Source: Candidatus Planktophila sp. (GTDB lineage: Bacteria; Actinomycetota; Actinomycetes; Nanopelagicales; Nanopelagicaceae). Taken from it: 64,000 bases of DNA. Positions 53,838 through 63,828 of the stretch are shown piece by piece. The DNA lies in NCBI GenBank assembly GCA_040402275.1, contig JBBAMW010000002.1. One strand, 5' to 3'. Under the pieces are notes generated by a model. It saw nothing but the letters and a program-made list of their open reading frames with translations, made no database searches and had not been told where the DNA came from. Both the position numbers and the translations under genes were made by a program. Each line of letters starts with the position of its first letter. Position 1 is the stretch's first letter.

Positions 53838-54782
53838 ATGTCGTATGCAATTGGTATCGATGTAGGTGGCACAAAGGTTCTCGGTGGTGTTGTTGATGAA
53901 GGTGGAAAGATTCTTGCAACTGCACGCAAAGACACTCCTCGCCAAGGTGGTCAATCTCTAACTCAGACAATTGCTGACACCGCGTTAGAACTCATGGCTC
54001 AATTTGAAGTCACGTCAATTGGCGTATCTGCAGCTGGATTTGTGTCATCTGATCGCAAGACAATGTTGGCAACTCCCAATATTGCCGACTGGAATGGCGT
54101 TAATTTAGATAGTGAACTCAACGCACTCATTGGTTTACCTGTAGTCATCGAAAATGATGCAAATGCTGCAGCATGGGGTGAAGCAAAATTCGGTGCCGGT
54201 CGCAACCACAATCACATGATGATGTTGACTGTCGGGACTGGTATTGGCGGGGGAATTGTTGTTAATGGTGATTTATATCGAGGAGCATTTGGAATAGCAG
54301 CTGAATTTGGCCACTTACGTGTGGTGCCAGATGGCCACCTGTGTGGTTGCGGTGCACGTGGATGTTTTGAGCAATATGCATCTGGAAATGCACTGCTTCG
54401 CCATGCACGTGAAGCTATTAGCGCAACTCCTGAAATCGCACGCAACCTCTTATCTCGTGGCGATGGAACTGTTGCTGGATTAACTGGGAAGGTAATAACA
54501 GAGGCTGCGCGGGAGGGTGACCCTGTTGCACTAGCTGCCTTTAATACAACGGGCCAATGGCTTGGAGCAGGTATTGCCTCCTTGTCGGTTTTGTTAGATC
54601 CAGAATGTGTTGTCATTGGTGGGGGAGTAATTGATGCTGGCGAAATCTTATTGAAGCCAACTCGTGAATCTCTCGAACGCACGATGCCATTTGCAGGAAA
54701 GCATCCTTATCCAACTTTGATTGCAGCTGCGCTAGGTAATGAAGCTGGCCTTGTTGGTGTTGCAGATTTAGCTAGAGTCTAA
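53838..54782 (+). CDS. glk: ROK-family glucokinase
   Basis: IGIDVGGTK, ENDANAAA, GTGIGGG and EFGH......HLCGCG..GC.E. Confidence 0.9.
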   Translation: MSYAIGIDVGGTKVLGGVVDEGGKILATARKDTPRQGGQSLTQTIADTALELMAQFEVTSIGVSAAGFVSSDRKTMLATPNIADWNGVNLDSELNALIGLPVVIENDANAAAWGEAKFGAGRNHNHMMMLTVGTGIGGGIVVNGDLYRGAFGIAAEFGHLRVVPDGHLCGCGARGCFEQYASGNALLRHAREAISATPEIARNLLSRGDGTVAGLTGKVITEAAREGDPVALAAFNTTGQWLGAGIASLSVLLDPECVVIGGGVIDAGEILLKPTRESLERTMPFAGKHPYPTLIAAALGNEAGLVGVADLARV

Positions 54783-55759
54783 ATTTCAAAAGGGTAACGC
54801 AAACCAATTTGGGCACGCACAGTATCTAAAGTTTGCATGATGTCGACAGTGTCTTTCCAACTCAAAATCTCTGATTGAGTCTTACCTGACACAACTAGCT
54901 TTTTAAAAGCTTCAGCCTGTTCGCGCAGCCCATGACCGGTGTATGTATGTGGGTACTGAGTCACAGAGCCATCAAACAGGGTCACCCGCATACTGGTTGG
55001 GCTATAGAAGACTCGATCTATTTCTAACCATCCATTTACACCTGCAACCACAGCCCGACATGGGGTTTGCTCGATCATCGTCGTATTCAAAATTGCTTGC
55101 GCTCCACCCGCGTAGTCAAAAATCATTGATGTCTGCGCATCAACACCTCTTTCAGTGAGGACGCCACTTGCCGTAATTTTTGTTGGGTTGCCCAAAACCA
55201 TATGGGCAAATGAAACAGGGTAAATTCCAAGATCTAGTAATGCGCCACCAGCAAGTGAAGGGTCAACCAAACGTGGAATATTTTGATCGGCTAAACGTTG
55301 TCCGTGATCTGCCTGGACGGTGAGAATCTTTCCCAAAACTCCGCTTGCAATAATTTCCCGTACCTGTGCATAGTGGGGAAGGAATCGTGCCCACATTGCT
55401 TCCATCAGTGCAACATTATTCTTCTGTGCAGCTGCAACCATTTCTTGCGCCTCTTTAGCAGTGACGGCAAATGGCTTTTCACACAAAACTGGTTTACCTG
55501 CGTTAAGCGCAGCAATGACATTCTCCTTATGTGCAGGATGAGGTGTTGCCACATAGATCGCATCAATGTTTGGATCTGCCACAAGTTCGCCATAACTTCC
55601 GTAGGCGTTTCCACCAAAGGCTTTTGCAAACTCTTGAGCGTTGCTCAGAGTTCGGGAACCAACTGCGCCCACCGTATGTCCATCTAGTAGTTTCAAATCT
55701 GTTGCAAAAGCTCGCGCAATTCCACCTGGTCCTAAAATTCCCCAATTAAAATTACTCAT
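54779..55759 (-). CDS. Gfo/Idh/MocA-family oxidoreductase
   Basis: WGILG.G.IA, YVATPH, CEKP and GGALLDLG.Y. Confidence 0.9.
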   Translation of the reverse strand: MSNFNWGILGPGGIARAFATDLKLLDGHTVGAVGSRTLSNAQEFAKAFGGNAYGSYGELVADPNIDAIYVATPHPAHKENVIAALNAGKPVLCEKPFAVTAKEAQEMVAAAQKNNVALMEAMWARFLPHYAQVREIIASGVLGKILTVQADHGQRLADQNIPRLVDPSLAGGALLDLGIYPVSFAHMVLGNPTKITASGVLTERGVDAQTSMIFDYAGGAQAILNTTMIEQTPCRAVVAGVNGWLEIDRVFYSPTSMRVTLFDGSVTQYPHTYTGHGLREQAEAFKKLVVSGKTQSEILSWKDTVDIMQTLDTVRAQIGLRYPFEI

Positions 55760-56019
55760 AGCGCTGCTCCATCATCGTCGTGGTAACCGCGGTTTAACCA
55801 ACGATTGATTGCTCGCTTTGCTGAAGCGATAAATCCAAGAGGTGTTTGTCGTGGGGGATTGGGTTGCACAAATCTTTCTTCATCAATTCGATCCAGCTCA
55901 TCCAAGTAGGTAGTCGGAGTGGATTCATCGAGGGAGAGGCCTGCGACCATGGATTCAAACTCAGAGCGAATCAGCTCCTCTTCATCAAACTCTTCAGGCT
56001 CTTTTTTCCCGCTATTCAC
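55756..56019 (-). CDS. Hypothetical acidic protein
   Basis: F..MVAG, E.FV.P.PP and C-terminal DDDGAAL resemble the conserved actinobacterial ORF near plsC/glk; overlaps the next start codon. Confidence 0.65.
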   Translation of the reverse strand: MNSGKKEPEEFDEEELIRSEFESMVAGLSLDESTPTTYLDELDRIDEERFVQPNPPRQTPLGFIASAKRAINRWLNRGYHDDDGAAL

Positions 56020-56063
56020 CCTCAGATAGTGTCATAGTCGTCAATAACCACTAAATTATCCCC

Positions 56064-56756
56064 GTGCTAAACGATTTGCCATATGGAGCTTTGCGAGCAT
56101 TTTTGACCCCGTTCTTGATGCTTGCTTTTCGCCCTAAGGTGCGTGGCCTTCGGCATGTTCCGGGTAAGGGTCCGGTAATTATTGCCTCGAATCACCTCTC
56201 TTTTAGTGATTCGATCTTTATGCCCTTAGTAGTGCCTCGTAAAGTTACCTTCCTGGCCAAAAGCGAGTACTTCACATCTCCTGGTCCAAAGGGATTATTG
56301 AAAAAGTTAACTTTCATCGCATTAGGTCAAGTGCCAGTTGATCGCTCAGGTGGTCGCCGTAGTGAAGCCGCACTTATTACAGGGTTAAAGGTCTTAGCCG
56401 ACGGCGATTGCATCGGCATTTATCCCGAAGGAACTAGATCTCCAGATGGTCGCTTATATAAAGGTCGCACTGGTATCGCTCGATTAGCAATTGAATCTGG
56501 TGCACCAGTGATTCCAGTTGCCATGTCCAACACCGACAAGATTCAACCAACAGGTAAAGTTATTCCTAATGTTAAAAGAGTTGGGATGAGCTTTGGCAAG
56601 CCAATGTATTTTGAGGGTGACTCAACAGATTTACAACATCTGCGGGATGTAACAGATCAGATTATGAATGCGATTCATGCGATGTCTGGCCAGGAGTACA
56701 TCGACATCTATGCACCTAAAAAGGTAAAACTTGGCGAAATCCAGGAAGAGGATTAA
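56064..56756 (+). CDS. plsC: 1-acyl-sn-glycerol-3-phosphate acyltransferase
   Basis: SNHLSFSD and YPEGTRSPDGRLY.GRTG. Confidence 0.9.
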   Translation: MLNDLPYGALRAFLTPFLMLAFRPKVRGLRHVPGKGPVIIASNHLSFSDSIFMPLVVPRKVTFLAKSEYFTSPGPKGLLKKLTFIALGQVPVDRSGGRRSEAALITGLKVLADGDCIGIYPEGTRSPDGRLYKGRTGIARLAIESGAPVIPVAMSNTDKIQPTGKVIPNVKRVGMSFGKPMYFEGDSTDLQHLRDVTDQIMNAIHAMSGQEYIDIYAPKKVKLGEIQEED

Positions 56757-57430
56757 TCCAAAGCGTTTCGGGCAACCAAATAATTACAGGTTTGGCACTC
56801 TGGACCAGAGTCAGGAAGTTCACCTTCCAAAACATCAATGAACTGCCCGATAACTTTTAGGAAGTTCGCTTGATCACGTTCGACTGGAACGTATTTTTGA
56901 AGTACTCCAAAGCCATAATCATCAGCAGTTGTTCCTATTGCAGTCGTTGGTTTCCATACCAATAAACCAATAGATGCCACCGATTGGGATTTACCAGCAG
57001 CAGGATTTTCAAGGCTGTATGCATATGCCTCAAGCTGGGGTGAATAAAACTGCCCGCTATCGCGCTGACTATCAGAGACCTTACAATCAATTAAACCAAT
57101 AGTTCCATCCTCATTTGTTGCGACAAGGTCATACTTTCCTAAGATACGCCAGCGTGTTTCTTGGCCATTGACAACGAGCGGCTTGCTCTTCACCCACTCG
57201 CCCCATTTGGTAACTTTTCCAGCTCGAAGCGAAGGATCAATTGTTGACATGTCAGCACCTTGAAAATGTTCTTCTTGCAACGCAGCCATAGTTCCAACAA
57301 GTGGGAACGCTCCTGGCATCGTTACCTTGAACCAGTACTTAATCCATAAACAACGCTTGCAGGTGGACAGTCCAAAAGTTAGATCTGAAGGAGAGATGTT
57401 TTCGCGGGCTGGCTTAGCTGGTTTGATCAT
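56753..57430 (-). CDS. PD-(D/E)XK nuclease, RecB/Cas4-like
   Basis: SPS...CKRC, GKYD...IDCK, QLEAY and C-terminal P..GPEC.TC. Confidence 0.8.
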   Translation of the reverse strand: MIKPAKPARENISPSDLTFGLSTCKRCLWIKYWFKVTMPGAFPLVGTMAALQEEHFQGADMSTIDPSLRAGKVTKWGEWVKSKPLVVNGQETRWRILGKYDLVATNEDGTIGLIDCKVSDSQRDSGQFYSPQLEAYAYSLENPAAGKSQSVASIGLLVWKPTTAIGTTADDYGFGVLQKYVPVERDQANFLKVIGQFIDVLEGELPDSGPECQTCNYLVARNALD

Positions 57431-57445
57431 GGAGTAATTGTGTAC

Positions 57446-58090
57446 TTAGGCACTGACAATTGCAGCGATCAAAACAGATATTCCAAGAATGATCATTATT
57501 GTGCCGCCCGTAGCGCGAAGTCTTTCTAATTGCTTGGAGTCGGTAGCAAGCCATTGACGGGCGGTTCCAGCTAACAGCCCCCATGTTCCGTCTGAAAAAA
57601 ATGCCAAGATCGCAAAGATGCCACCCAGCAGAATCAATTGAGAAGTAATGCTGCCACGTTCACGATCAATGAACTGCGGTAGAACGGCTGCAAAGAAAAC
57701 AACACCTTTGGGGTTGAGCGCGCCAACCCAGTAGCCATCCCACATCGAACGACGCGCACTCGGTGCAACATCGCCCTGGTTAGTCATGTCAGCTGCATGC
57801 ACCGTGCGTTTTCTAATTGCATCAATTCCAAGATAGATCAGATACAGGCCGCCACCCCATTGCACCGCGATGTAGGCAAGATCTGAACGCTGCAAGATTG
57901 GACCAAGGCCAAGTGCCACAAAGACTGACAAGGAGAAAGCACCGGTGACATTTCCAGCAACTGAAAAGACCGCTGTTGCACGGCCCCAGGCGATGGCCCG
58001 AGCGATAACAAAGAGCACGCTGGGCCCAGGGGCCAAAATGATGACCATGGCTGCGACGATGTACTCGGCAAGCCGTGTGGGAATGATCAT
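57446..58090 (-). CDS. LysE/RhtB-family exporter
   Basis: PGP, G..YL.YLG and LNPK..VFF.A.LPQF. Confidence 0.9.
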   Translation of the reverse strand: MIIPTRLAEYIVAAMVIILAPGPSVLFVIARAIAWGRATAVFSVAGNVTGAFSLSVFVALGLGPILQRSDLAYIAVQWGGGLYLIYLGIDAIRKRTVHAADMTNQGDVAPSARRSMWDGYWVGALNPKGVVFFAAVLPQFIDRERGSITSQLILLGGIFAILAFFSDGTWGLLAGTARQWLATDSKQLERLRATGGTIMIILGISVLIAAIVSA

Positions 58091-58151
58091 GTGGTGAGTT
58101 TAACGGCGCGTCTGGGTTGCGTAGGGCAGGTATATCCCAATAGATTACGGC

Positions 58152-58163
58152 TCGATATATCGA
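58152..58163. promoter_or_regulatory. Palindrome upstream of padR-ino1
   Basis: Perfect 12-bp palindrome TCGATATATCGA in the divergent spacer. Confidence 0.5.
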
Positions 58164-58203
58164 ATGGATACATTCCACGGAGTACTTGGAAAGGAGGCAT
58201 CAG

Positions 58204-58734
58204 ATGCGCTCACGGTCAGAGTCGCTCGAATTTGCCCTCCTAGGCCTGCTCTCACAAGCCCCATTGCATGGCTACGAACTTCGAAAGCGCATCGGCACCA
58301 TCTTCGGTCCATTTCGCGCACTGTCATTTTCAGTTCTCTATCCGCAGCTTCGACGAATGATGGAAGCGGGCATGATCGAAGAAACTGTTGTTGAAGCGAT
58401 CTCTCGTCGATCTCGCATTGTCTATGCCATCACCGACAAAGGCGCTCGCAGATTTGAATCATTGACCGAATCCGTAACACCTGAAACTTGGGAGGATGAA
58501 GGTTTCGAAATTCGTTTCGCATTCTTTAGCCCAACCTCAGCAAATAACAGAGTAAGAATTCTTGAGGGACGCCATCGTCGCCTCAAGGAGAAAGCCGAAA
58601 TCCTTCGTGGTGAACTTGAGAAGTCACCTGTTGGTATCGACAAATATCTGGAGGAGTGGCGACGTCACTCACTGGAGACAGCTGATCGAGAGATTGCTTG
58701 GCTGGAAGACATGATCAAAACCGAGAGGAAATAG
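58204..58734 (+). CDS. PadR-family transcriptional regulator
   Basis: LGLL...PLHGYEL and LYP.L...Y.IT..G; SD AAGGAGG; upstream of ino1. Confidence 0.9.
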   Translation: MRSRSESLEFALLGLLSQAPLHGYELRKRIGTIFGPFRALSFSVLYPQLRRMMEAGMIEETVVEAISRRSRIVYAITDKGARRFESLTESVTPETWEDEGFEIRFAFFSPTSANNRVRILEGRHRRLKEKAEILRGELEKSPVGIDKYLEEWRRHSLETADREIAWLEDMIKTERK

Positions 58735-58735
58735 A

Positions 58736-59833
58736 GTGAATATCACAACCGGTAAAGGCGACATCCGTGTTGCAATTGTTGGCGTTGGAAACTGCGCTAA
58801 CTCATTAGTCCAGGGCGTTGAATACTACAAAGATGCTGCCCTAGATCAAGAGATCCCAGGTCTTATGCACGCTGTTGTTGGGGGATACCACATCTCTAGC
58901 ATCAAGTTTGTTGCAGCCTTTGATGTTGATGCAAAGAAGGTTGGGCTAGATCTTGCTGATGCAATTTGGGCAAGTGAGAACAACACAATTAAATTTAGTG
59001 ATGTTGCAAAGACTGGTGTTCCAGTTCTTCGCGGTGTTACAAATGATGGTCTTGGTAAGTACTACAAGGAAACTATCACAGAGTCAGATGCACCTGCTGT
59101 AGATGTAGTGAAGGTTCTTAGGGATGAAGCGATCGATGTATTGATCTGCTACCTACCTGTAGGTTCTGAAACAGCTGCTAAGTACTACGCACAGTGCGCA
59201 ATCGATGCAGGATGTGCTTTCGTAAACGCACTTCCAGTCTTCATCGCATCAGACCCAGTATGGGAAAAGAAGTTTGCAGATGCTGGACTTCCAATCGTTG
59301 GAGATGACATTAAAAGCCAAGTTGGTGCGACCATCACTCACCGCATCATGGCTAAGTTGTTCCAGGATCGTGGCGTTCACCTAGACCGTACCTACCAGCT
59401 CAACGTTGGTGGAAACATGGACTTCAAGAACATGCTCGAGCGTGATCGTCTTGAATCAAAGAAAATCTCTAAGACAAATTCTGTAACCTCACAGCTCAAC
59501 CATGATCTTGGTGCAAAGAATGTTCACATCGGACCTTCTGACTACATTCCATGGCTAGATGATCGCAAGTGGGCCTACGTTCGCCTCGAAGGCCGTGCAT
59601 TTGGCGATGTTCCTCTGAGTCTTGAGTACAAGTTGGAAGTATGGGATTCACCAAACTCAGCTGGCGTCATCATCGATGCGCTACGTTGCGCAAAGATCGG
59701 TCTTGATCGCAAGATTGGTGGAGCATTGCTTTCACCATCTAGCTACTTCATGAAGACACCACCAACTCAGTACACAGATGAGGCAGCGCATCAAAAGACT
59801 GAAGACTTCATTTCAGGAAAGTCAGATCGCTAG
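58736..59833 (+). CDS. ino1: myo-inositol-1-phosphate synthase
   Basis: [26 protein letters not shown] and WDSPNSAG. Confidence 0.96.
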   Translation: MNITTGKGDIRVAIVGVGNCANSLVQGVEYYKDAALDQEIPGLMHAVVGGYHISSIKFVAAFDVDAKKVGLDLADAIWASENNTIKFSDVAKTGVPVLRGVTNDGLGKYYKETITESDAPAVDVVKVLRDEAIDVLICYLPVGSETAAKYYAQCAIDAGCAFVNALPVFIASDPVWEKKFADAGLPIVGDDIKSQVGATITHRIMAKLFQDRGVHLDRTYQLNVGGNMDFKNMLERDRLESKKISKTNSVTSQLNHDLGAKNVHIGPSDYIPWLDDRKWAYVRLEGRAFGDVPLSLEYKLEVWDSPNSAGVIIDALRCAKIGLDRKIGGALLSPSSYFMKTPPTQYTDEAAHQKTEDFISGKSDR

Positions 59834-59853
59834 TAGGACATAGATTGCAAATG

Positions 59854-59889
59854 AAAGCGCCCCCGGGATAATCCCAGGGGCGCTTTTTT
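59854..59889. terminator. Intrinsic terminator between convergent ino1 and the LuxR-like gene, probably bidirectional
   Basis: AAAGCGCCCC-cGGGA-taa-TCCCa-GGGGCGCTTTTTT. Confidence 0.85.
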
Positions 59890-59917
59890 AACTCCGTAGC
59901 GAAAGTCGTTGGCACGG

Positions 59918-60238
59918 CTAATCGTTGTGACGGTTACACAGTGCTTTTCCATCTGGGCCAAGATCTAGATGAAAGCAGGGTGTATCCAAATTATCAAAAG
60001 CTTTGTCCCCGTAATGGGCGCGATATGCCAGTGCTAGTAGTACCCGTAGATTTGTTTCACTATCTGATTTGATTCCAAAAACTTGAGCACTGCGACTGAC
60101 CGTGTTCTCTACTACTTTTTCACTATGTGATGTCTGAAGAGCGATGGCACCGTTTGATTTTCCTTCACAGACCATTTCCAGAACCAATTGTTCAAATGGA
60201 GTTAACTCTCTTGTTGAAATCGTTATGTCTCTAGCCAT
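59918..60238 (-). CDS. Stand-alone LuxR-type HTH protein with a C-terminal Cys/His cluster
   Basis: LT..E..VL.....G.SN.AIA.....SEK.VEN...FG......N.RV; tail CFH...CNRH. Confidence 0.75.
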   Translation of the reverse strand: MARDITISTRELTPFEQLVLEMVCEGKSNGAIALQTSHSEKVVENTVSRSAQVFGIKSDSETNLRVLLALAYRAHYGDKAFDNLDTPCFHLDLGPDGKALCNRHND

Positions 60239-60310
60239 GTGACTGGACCCTCTCCGCGTGTCTTTATTGTGCTCTTTTTAATTGCGCGGGTCACCCCATA
60301 GGATGCGCGG

Positions 60311-61054
60311 ATGAGCGAAATCTTGGCCACACAAGAGGGATTAGTGCTAGCCCTCAGTTTTAATCGTCCTGCGAAGATGAATGCCCTAACACGCTCGATG
60401 TATTCAGATCTGTCTAAGAGTCTCAATGATGCCGTGGGGGATTTTGGAATCCGAGCAGTTGTCATCACAGCGGAAGGCGATCACTTCACCGCTGGCAACG
60501 ATATTGCTGACTTTATGGATAATCCGCCAACCTCAGATGATTCAGAGGTTGCAAAGTTTCTTGCAGCCATTCTTAACTTTCCTAAGCCGTTGCTTGCTGC
60601 GGTGAAGGGCAACGCTGTTGGTGTTGGTACCACAATGTTGCTTCACTGCGATGTTGTCATTGCCGGGCCGACCGCCAATTTTTCAATGCCCTTTGCATCG
60701 TTAGGATTGGTACCTGAAGCAGGATCTAGTTTCTTATTCCCACAGTTAGTTGGATATCAAAGAGCAGCACGAATCTTTATGACAGGTGAAAACTTTGACG
60801 CAGATGCAGCTATTGAGATGGGATTAGTAGCAGCCAAGGATTCAGACCCACTGGCACATGTAATGAAGATTGCCCAACACATTGCAGAGCAACCACCTCA
60901 AGCGATCATCAACACGAAGGCTCTTTTGAAGGCCAAAAATCATGACGCAATTGCTGCGATCATGAAGGCTGAGTTTGAGATTTTTGCTCTGGCGTTGCAA
61001 TCAGATGAAGCTATGGAAGCATTCATGAAGTTCATGTCCAAGAAGGGTAAGTAA
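60311..61054 (+). CDS. Enoyl-CoA hydratase/isomerase (crotonase family)
   Basis: NRP...NAL, FTAGND, AVGVG.T...HCD and LGLVPEAGSS. Confidence 0.88.
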   Translation: MSEILATQEGLVLALSFNRPAKMNALTRSMYSDLSKSLNDAVGDFGIRAVVITAEGDHFTAGNDIADFMDNPPTSDDSEVAKFLAAILNFPKPLLAAVKGNAVGVGTTMLLHCDVVIAGPTANFSMPFASLGLVPEAGSSFLFPQLVGYQRAARIFMTGENFDADAAIEMGLVAAKDSDPLAHVMKIAQHIAEQPPQAIINTKALLKAKNHDAIAAIMKAEFEIFALALQSDEAMEAFMKFMSKKGK

Positions 61055-61885
61055 ATGTCATTAGCAGAAAAGCGTATTTTCATAACAGGCGGATCTCGTG
61101 GAATCGGACTTGCAATCGCATTGCGTGCTGCACGAGATGGTGCGTCAATTGCGATCGCTGCAAAGACATCTGAGCCCAATCCAAAGTTGCCGGGCACAAT
61201 TCACACAGCAGCGGCAGAGATCGAAGCAGCTGGCGGAGAGGCTCTTGCTATTCAATGCGATTTACGCGATGAATTGCAGATCGAATCCGCCGTCAATCAA
61301 GCCGCTGAAGCATTTGGTGGCATCGACATCCTTATCAATAATGCAAGTGCAATTAACTTGACCCGTACTGATCAAACACCAGCCAAGCGCTTTGATTTGA
61401 TGTTTGATGTCAATGTTCGTGGCACATTTCTGACCTCACAGGCTGCATTGCCTCATCTGCGCAAGTCAGCTCAAGAGGGAAGAAACCCTCACATTTTGAA
61501 CTTATCTCCACCGCTTTCCATGAAGCCTGTGTGGTTTAAAAATCACGTCGCTTACACAATGGCCAAGTACGGAATGAGTATGTGTGTTCTTGGCATGGCT
61601 GAAGAGTTCAAGCGTGATGGTATTGGCGTAAACGCATTATGGCCGCGCACAGTAATTGATACAGCTGCCCTTCAAATGATTCCTGGAATTGATGCTGCCG
61701 CAGGTCGCACACCCGAGATCTTGGCAGATGCGGCATACATCATCTTTAACCGCGATGCCAAGGAGTGCACAGGCAATTTCTTTGTCGATGATCTATTGCT
61801 AGCAAGTGAAGGAATCACAGACCTAGAGAAGTACTCAGTGACTCCTGATACCAAGGATTTCCTTCTTGATTTCTTTCTAGACTAA
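61055..61885 (+). CDS. Short-chain dehydrogenase (HSDL2-like)
   Basis: TGGSRGIG, P.P.LPGTI, NNASAI, YTMAK and LWPRT. Confidence 0.88.
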   Translation: MSLAEKRIFITGGSRGIGLAIALRAARDGASIAIAAKTSEPNPKLPGTIHTAAAEIEAAGGEALAIQCDLRDELQIESAVNQAAEAFGGIDILINNASAINLTRTDQTPAKRFDLMFDVNVRGTFLTSQAALPHLRKSAQEGRNPHILNLSPPLSMKPVWFKNHVAYTMAKYGMSMCVLGMAEEFKRDGIGVNALWPRTVIDTAALQMIPGIDAAAGRTPEILADAAYIIFNRDAKECTGNFFVDDLLLASEGITDLEKYSVTPDTKDFLLDFFLD

Positions 61886-61894
61886 ACTAACTTC

Positions 61895-62407
61895 ATGCGC
61901 AAAATAATTGTCTCGTTTGTCATTGGATTCATCACGCTGTTATCGATGCCTAGCTCTTCAGCCCATGTCGAAATAGTTTCCACATTTCCTGAGCAGTTTG
62001 CCAATGTAAATCCGATCCCTACGCAAGTGTGGATCCAGTTCAGCGGCAATTTGCAGACTCTTGAAGGCGAAGCAGTTAACTTCCTCGAAGTGATTGATTC
62101 AACCGGCATTGCAGTTAACTTTGGTGATCCGGTTATTGAAGGCGCAAAGATAATGGCAAAGATTTCGGGACAAAGTGCACCAGGATCCTTTTCGGTAAAG
62201 TATCGGGTGGTTGGCGATGATGGACACGTAATTGAAGGCGATTACACCTTTAATGCCTCACCTGACTATGCCGAAGCACAAGCAACAACTACATCAGCAA
62301 CTGAAAAAAAAGCGTCATTAAATGTTGGAGGAATAGTCCTGGTTTTTTTCCTTATAGTTTTTGTAGTTGGATACATCATCAAAGAGAGAAATGATAAGAA
62401 GAAGTAA
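61895..62407 (+). CDS. copC: CopC-family copper-binding protein with C-terminal TM anchor
   Basis: Signal peptide ending SSA-H, Y(R)VV..DGH motif and hydrophobic C-terminus. Confidence 0.8.
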   Translation: MRKIIVSFVIGFITLLSMPSSSAHVEIVSTFPEQFANVNPIPTQVWIQFSGNLQTLEGEAVNFLEVIDSTGIAVNFGDPVIEGAKIMAKISGQSAPGSFSVKYRVVGDDGHVIEGDYTFNASPDYAEAQATTTSATEKKASLNVGGIVLVFFLIVFVVGYIIKERNDKKK

Positions 62408-63828
62408 TGCCAACTTTTGATCTTGAAATAAATGGCCCAAATACAATTCAAGAGTCAGAACGCAAAGGAAATGCGAGATCTCTATTCTGGCCGTGGGCTG
62501 GGGCAAATGTCTCACTCCTAGCCCTGTCATATGGCTCCTTCTTCCTAGGGTTCGGAATTTCATTTAGACAAGCAACCTTTGCAGCGATCATTGGAACAAT
62601 TGCATCATTTCTTCTTGTGGGTATTAGTTCACTTGCAGGTAAGCGCTCAAATGCACCGACCATGGTTCTTGCACGCGCATCCTTTGGCGTTAAAGGCAGC
62701 ATCGTTCCAGGCGTGCTTTCATACTTCATTTTTGTGGGATGGGAAACAGTTTTAGTTTCTCTTGCAACGTTGGCAACAGGAACGGTTTTCTCACGAATTG
62801 GGGGAGTAGACCAAAATCTGGCTTTGATCATTGGTTTCGTAATAGCGGTATCACTGACTGTTTTTGGTGGCGTTCTTGGATTTAGTGTGATTATGAAGCT
62901 ACAGAAGTTGCTCACTGTAGTGACCGTGGCAATGACCGTTGTTTATATTGCACTCACCATCGACACAGTTGATTGGAGTGCGGTTACTGCAATCAAGGAT
63001 GGTTCTACTCAAGGTTTCATCGGAGCGCTCATATTTGGCGTAACAGGCATAGGTCTTGGATGGGTGAATTGTGCAGCAGATTACTCACGATATTTACCAA
63101 GAACTGTTTCAAGCAAGGCTGTGGTCGGATGGACTGTGTTCGGCGCTTCAGTCGTTCCAATTGCTTTAGTTATCTATGGAGCTGCATTGTCAGCTAGTAG
63201 TAAAGATTTGAGCGGTGCTATTGCGATGGATCCCATTGGTGCTCTGACATCACTGCTACCAACCTGGTTTCTTATCCCATTTGCACTCATTGCGATATTG
63301 GGATTAGTGGGTGGAGCAATTCTTGATCTTTACTCTTCAGGATTAGCCCTTGTTTCAATTGGCGTGCCAATCAAAAGACATCAAGCGGCAATTATTGATG
63401 CATTTATCATGCTTGCAGGATGTATCTACATCGTATGGATTGCAGATAACTTCTTTTATCCTTTCCAGGGCTTCTTGATCACGCTGGGTGTTCCTGTTGC
63501 GGTGTGGTCTGCGATCTTTGTCGCAGATGTCATTATGCGCAAAAAGGCATACATTGAAAAAGACTTGTATGACGAGCAAGGAATGTATGGATCAATCAAT
63601 ACGGGATCTATCGCACTGATGATTGTTGGAACAATAGTTGGCTGGGGATTTGTAACAAATACCTTTGCTTCATGGTTATCGTGGCAGGGATATTTCTTGG
63701 GAGTTATTGGTGGCAAAGAAGGTCCATGGGCTTATGCCAACGTAGGCGTGATTTTTGCGCTGATTATTGGATTTGTAGGGCACATCATCCTGGCCAGAAA
63801 AACTATTGCGAAGCAGGAGTCCTTCTAA
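62407..63828 (+). CDS. Purine-cytosine permease (NCS1 family)
   Basis: LFWPW.GAN, R..FG..G, W....ADYSRY and YSSGL; about 12 TM segments. Confidence 0.88.
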   Translation: MPTFDLEINGPNTIQESERKGNARSLFWPWAGANVSLLALSYGSFFLGFGISFRQATFAAIIGTIASFLLVGISSLAGKRSNAPTMVLARASFGVKGSIVPGVLSYFIFVGWETVLVSLATLATGTVFSRIGGVDQNLALIIGFVIAVSLTVFGGVLGFSVIMKLQKLLTVVTVAMTVVYIALTIDTVDWSAVTAIKDGSTQGFIGALIFGVTGIGLGWVNCAADYSRYLPRTVSSKAVVGWTVFGASVVPIALVIYGAALSASSKDLSGAIAMDPIGALTSLLPTWFLIPFALIAILGLVGGAILDLYSSGLALVSIGVPIKRHQAAIIDAFIMLAGCIYIVWIADNFFYPFQGFLITLGVPVAVWSAIFVADVIMRKKAYIEKDLYDEQGMYGSINTGSIALMIVGTIVGWGFVTNTFASWLSWQGYFLGVIGGKEGPWAYANVGVIFALIIGFVGHIILARKTIAKQESF

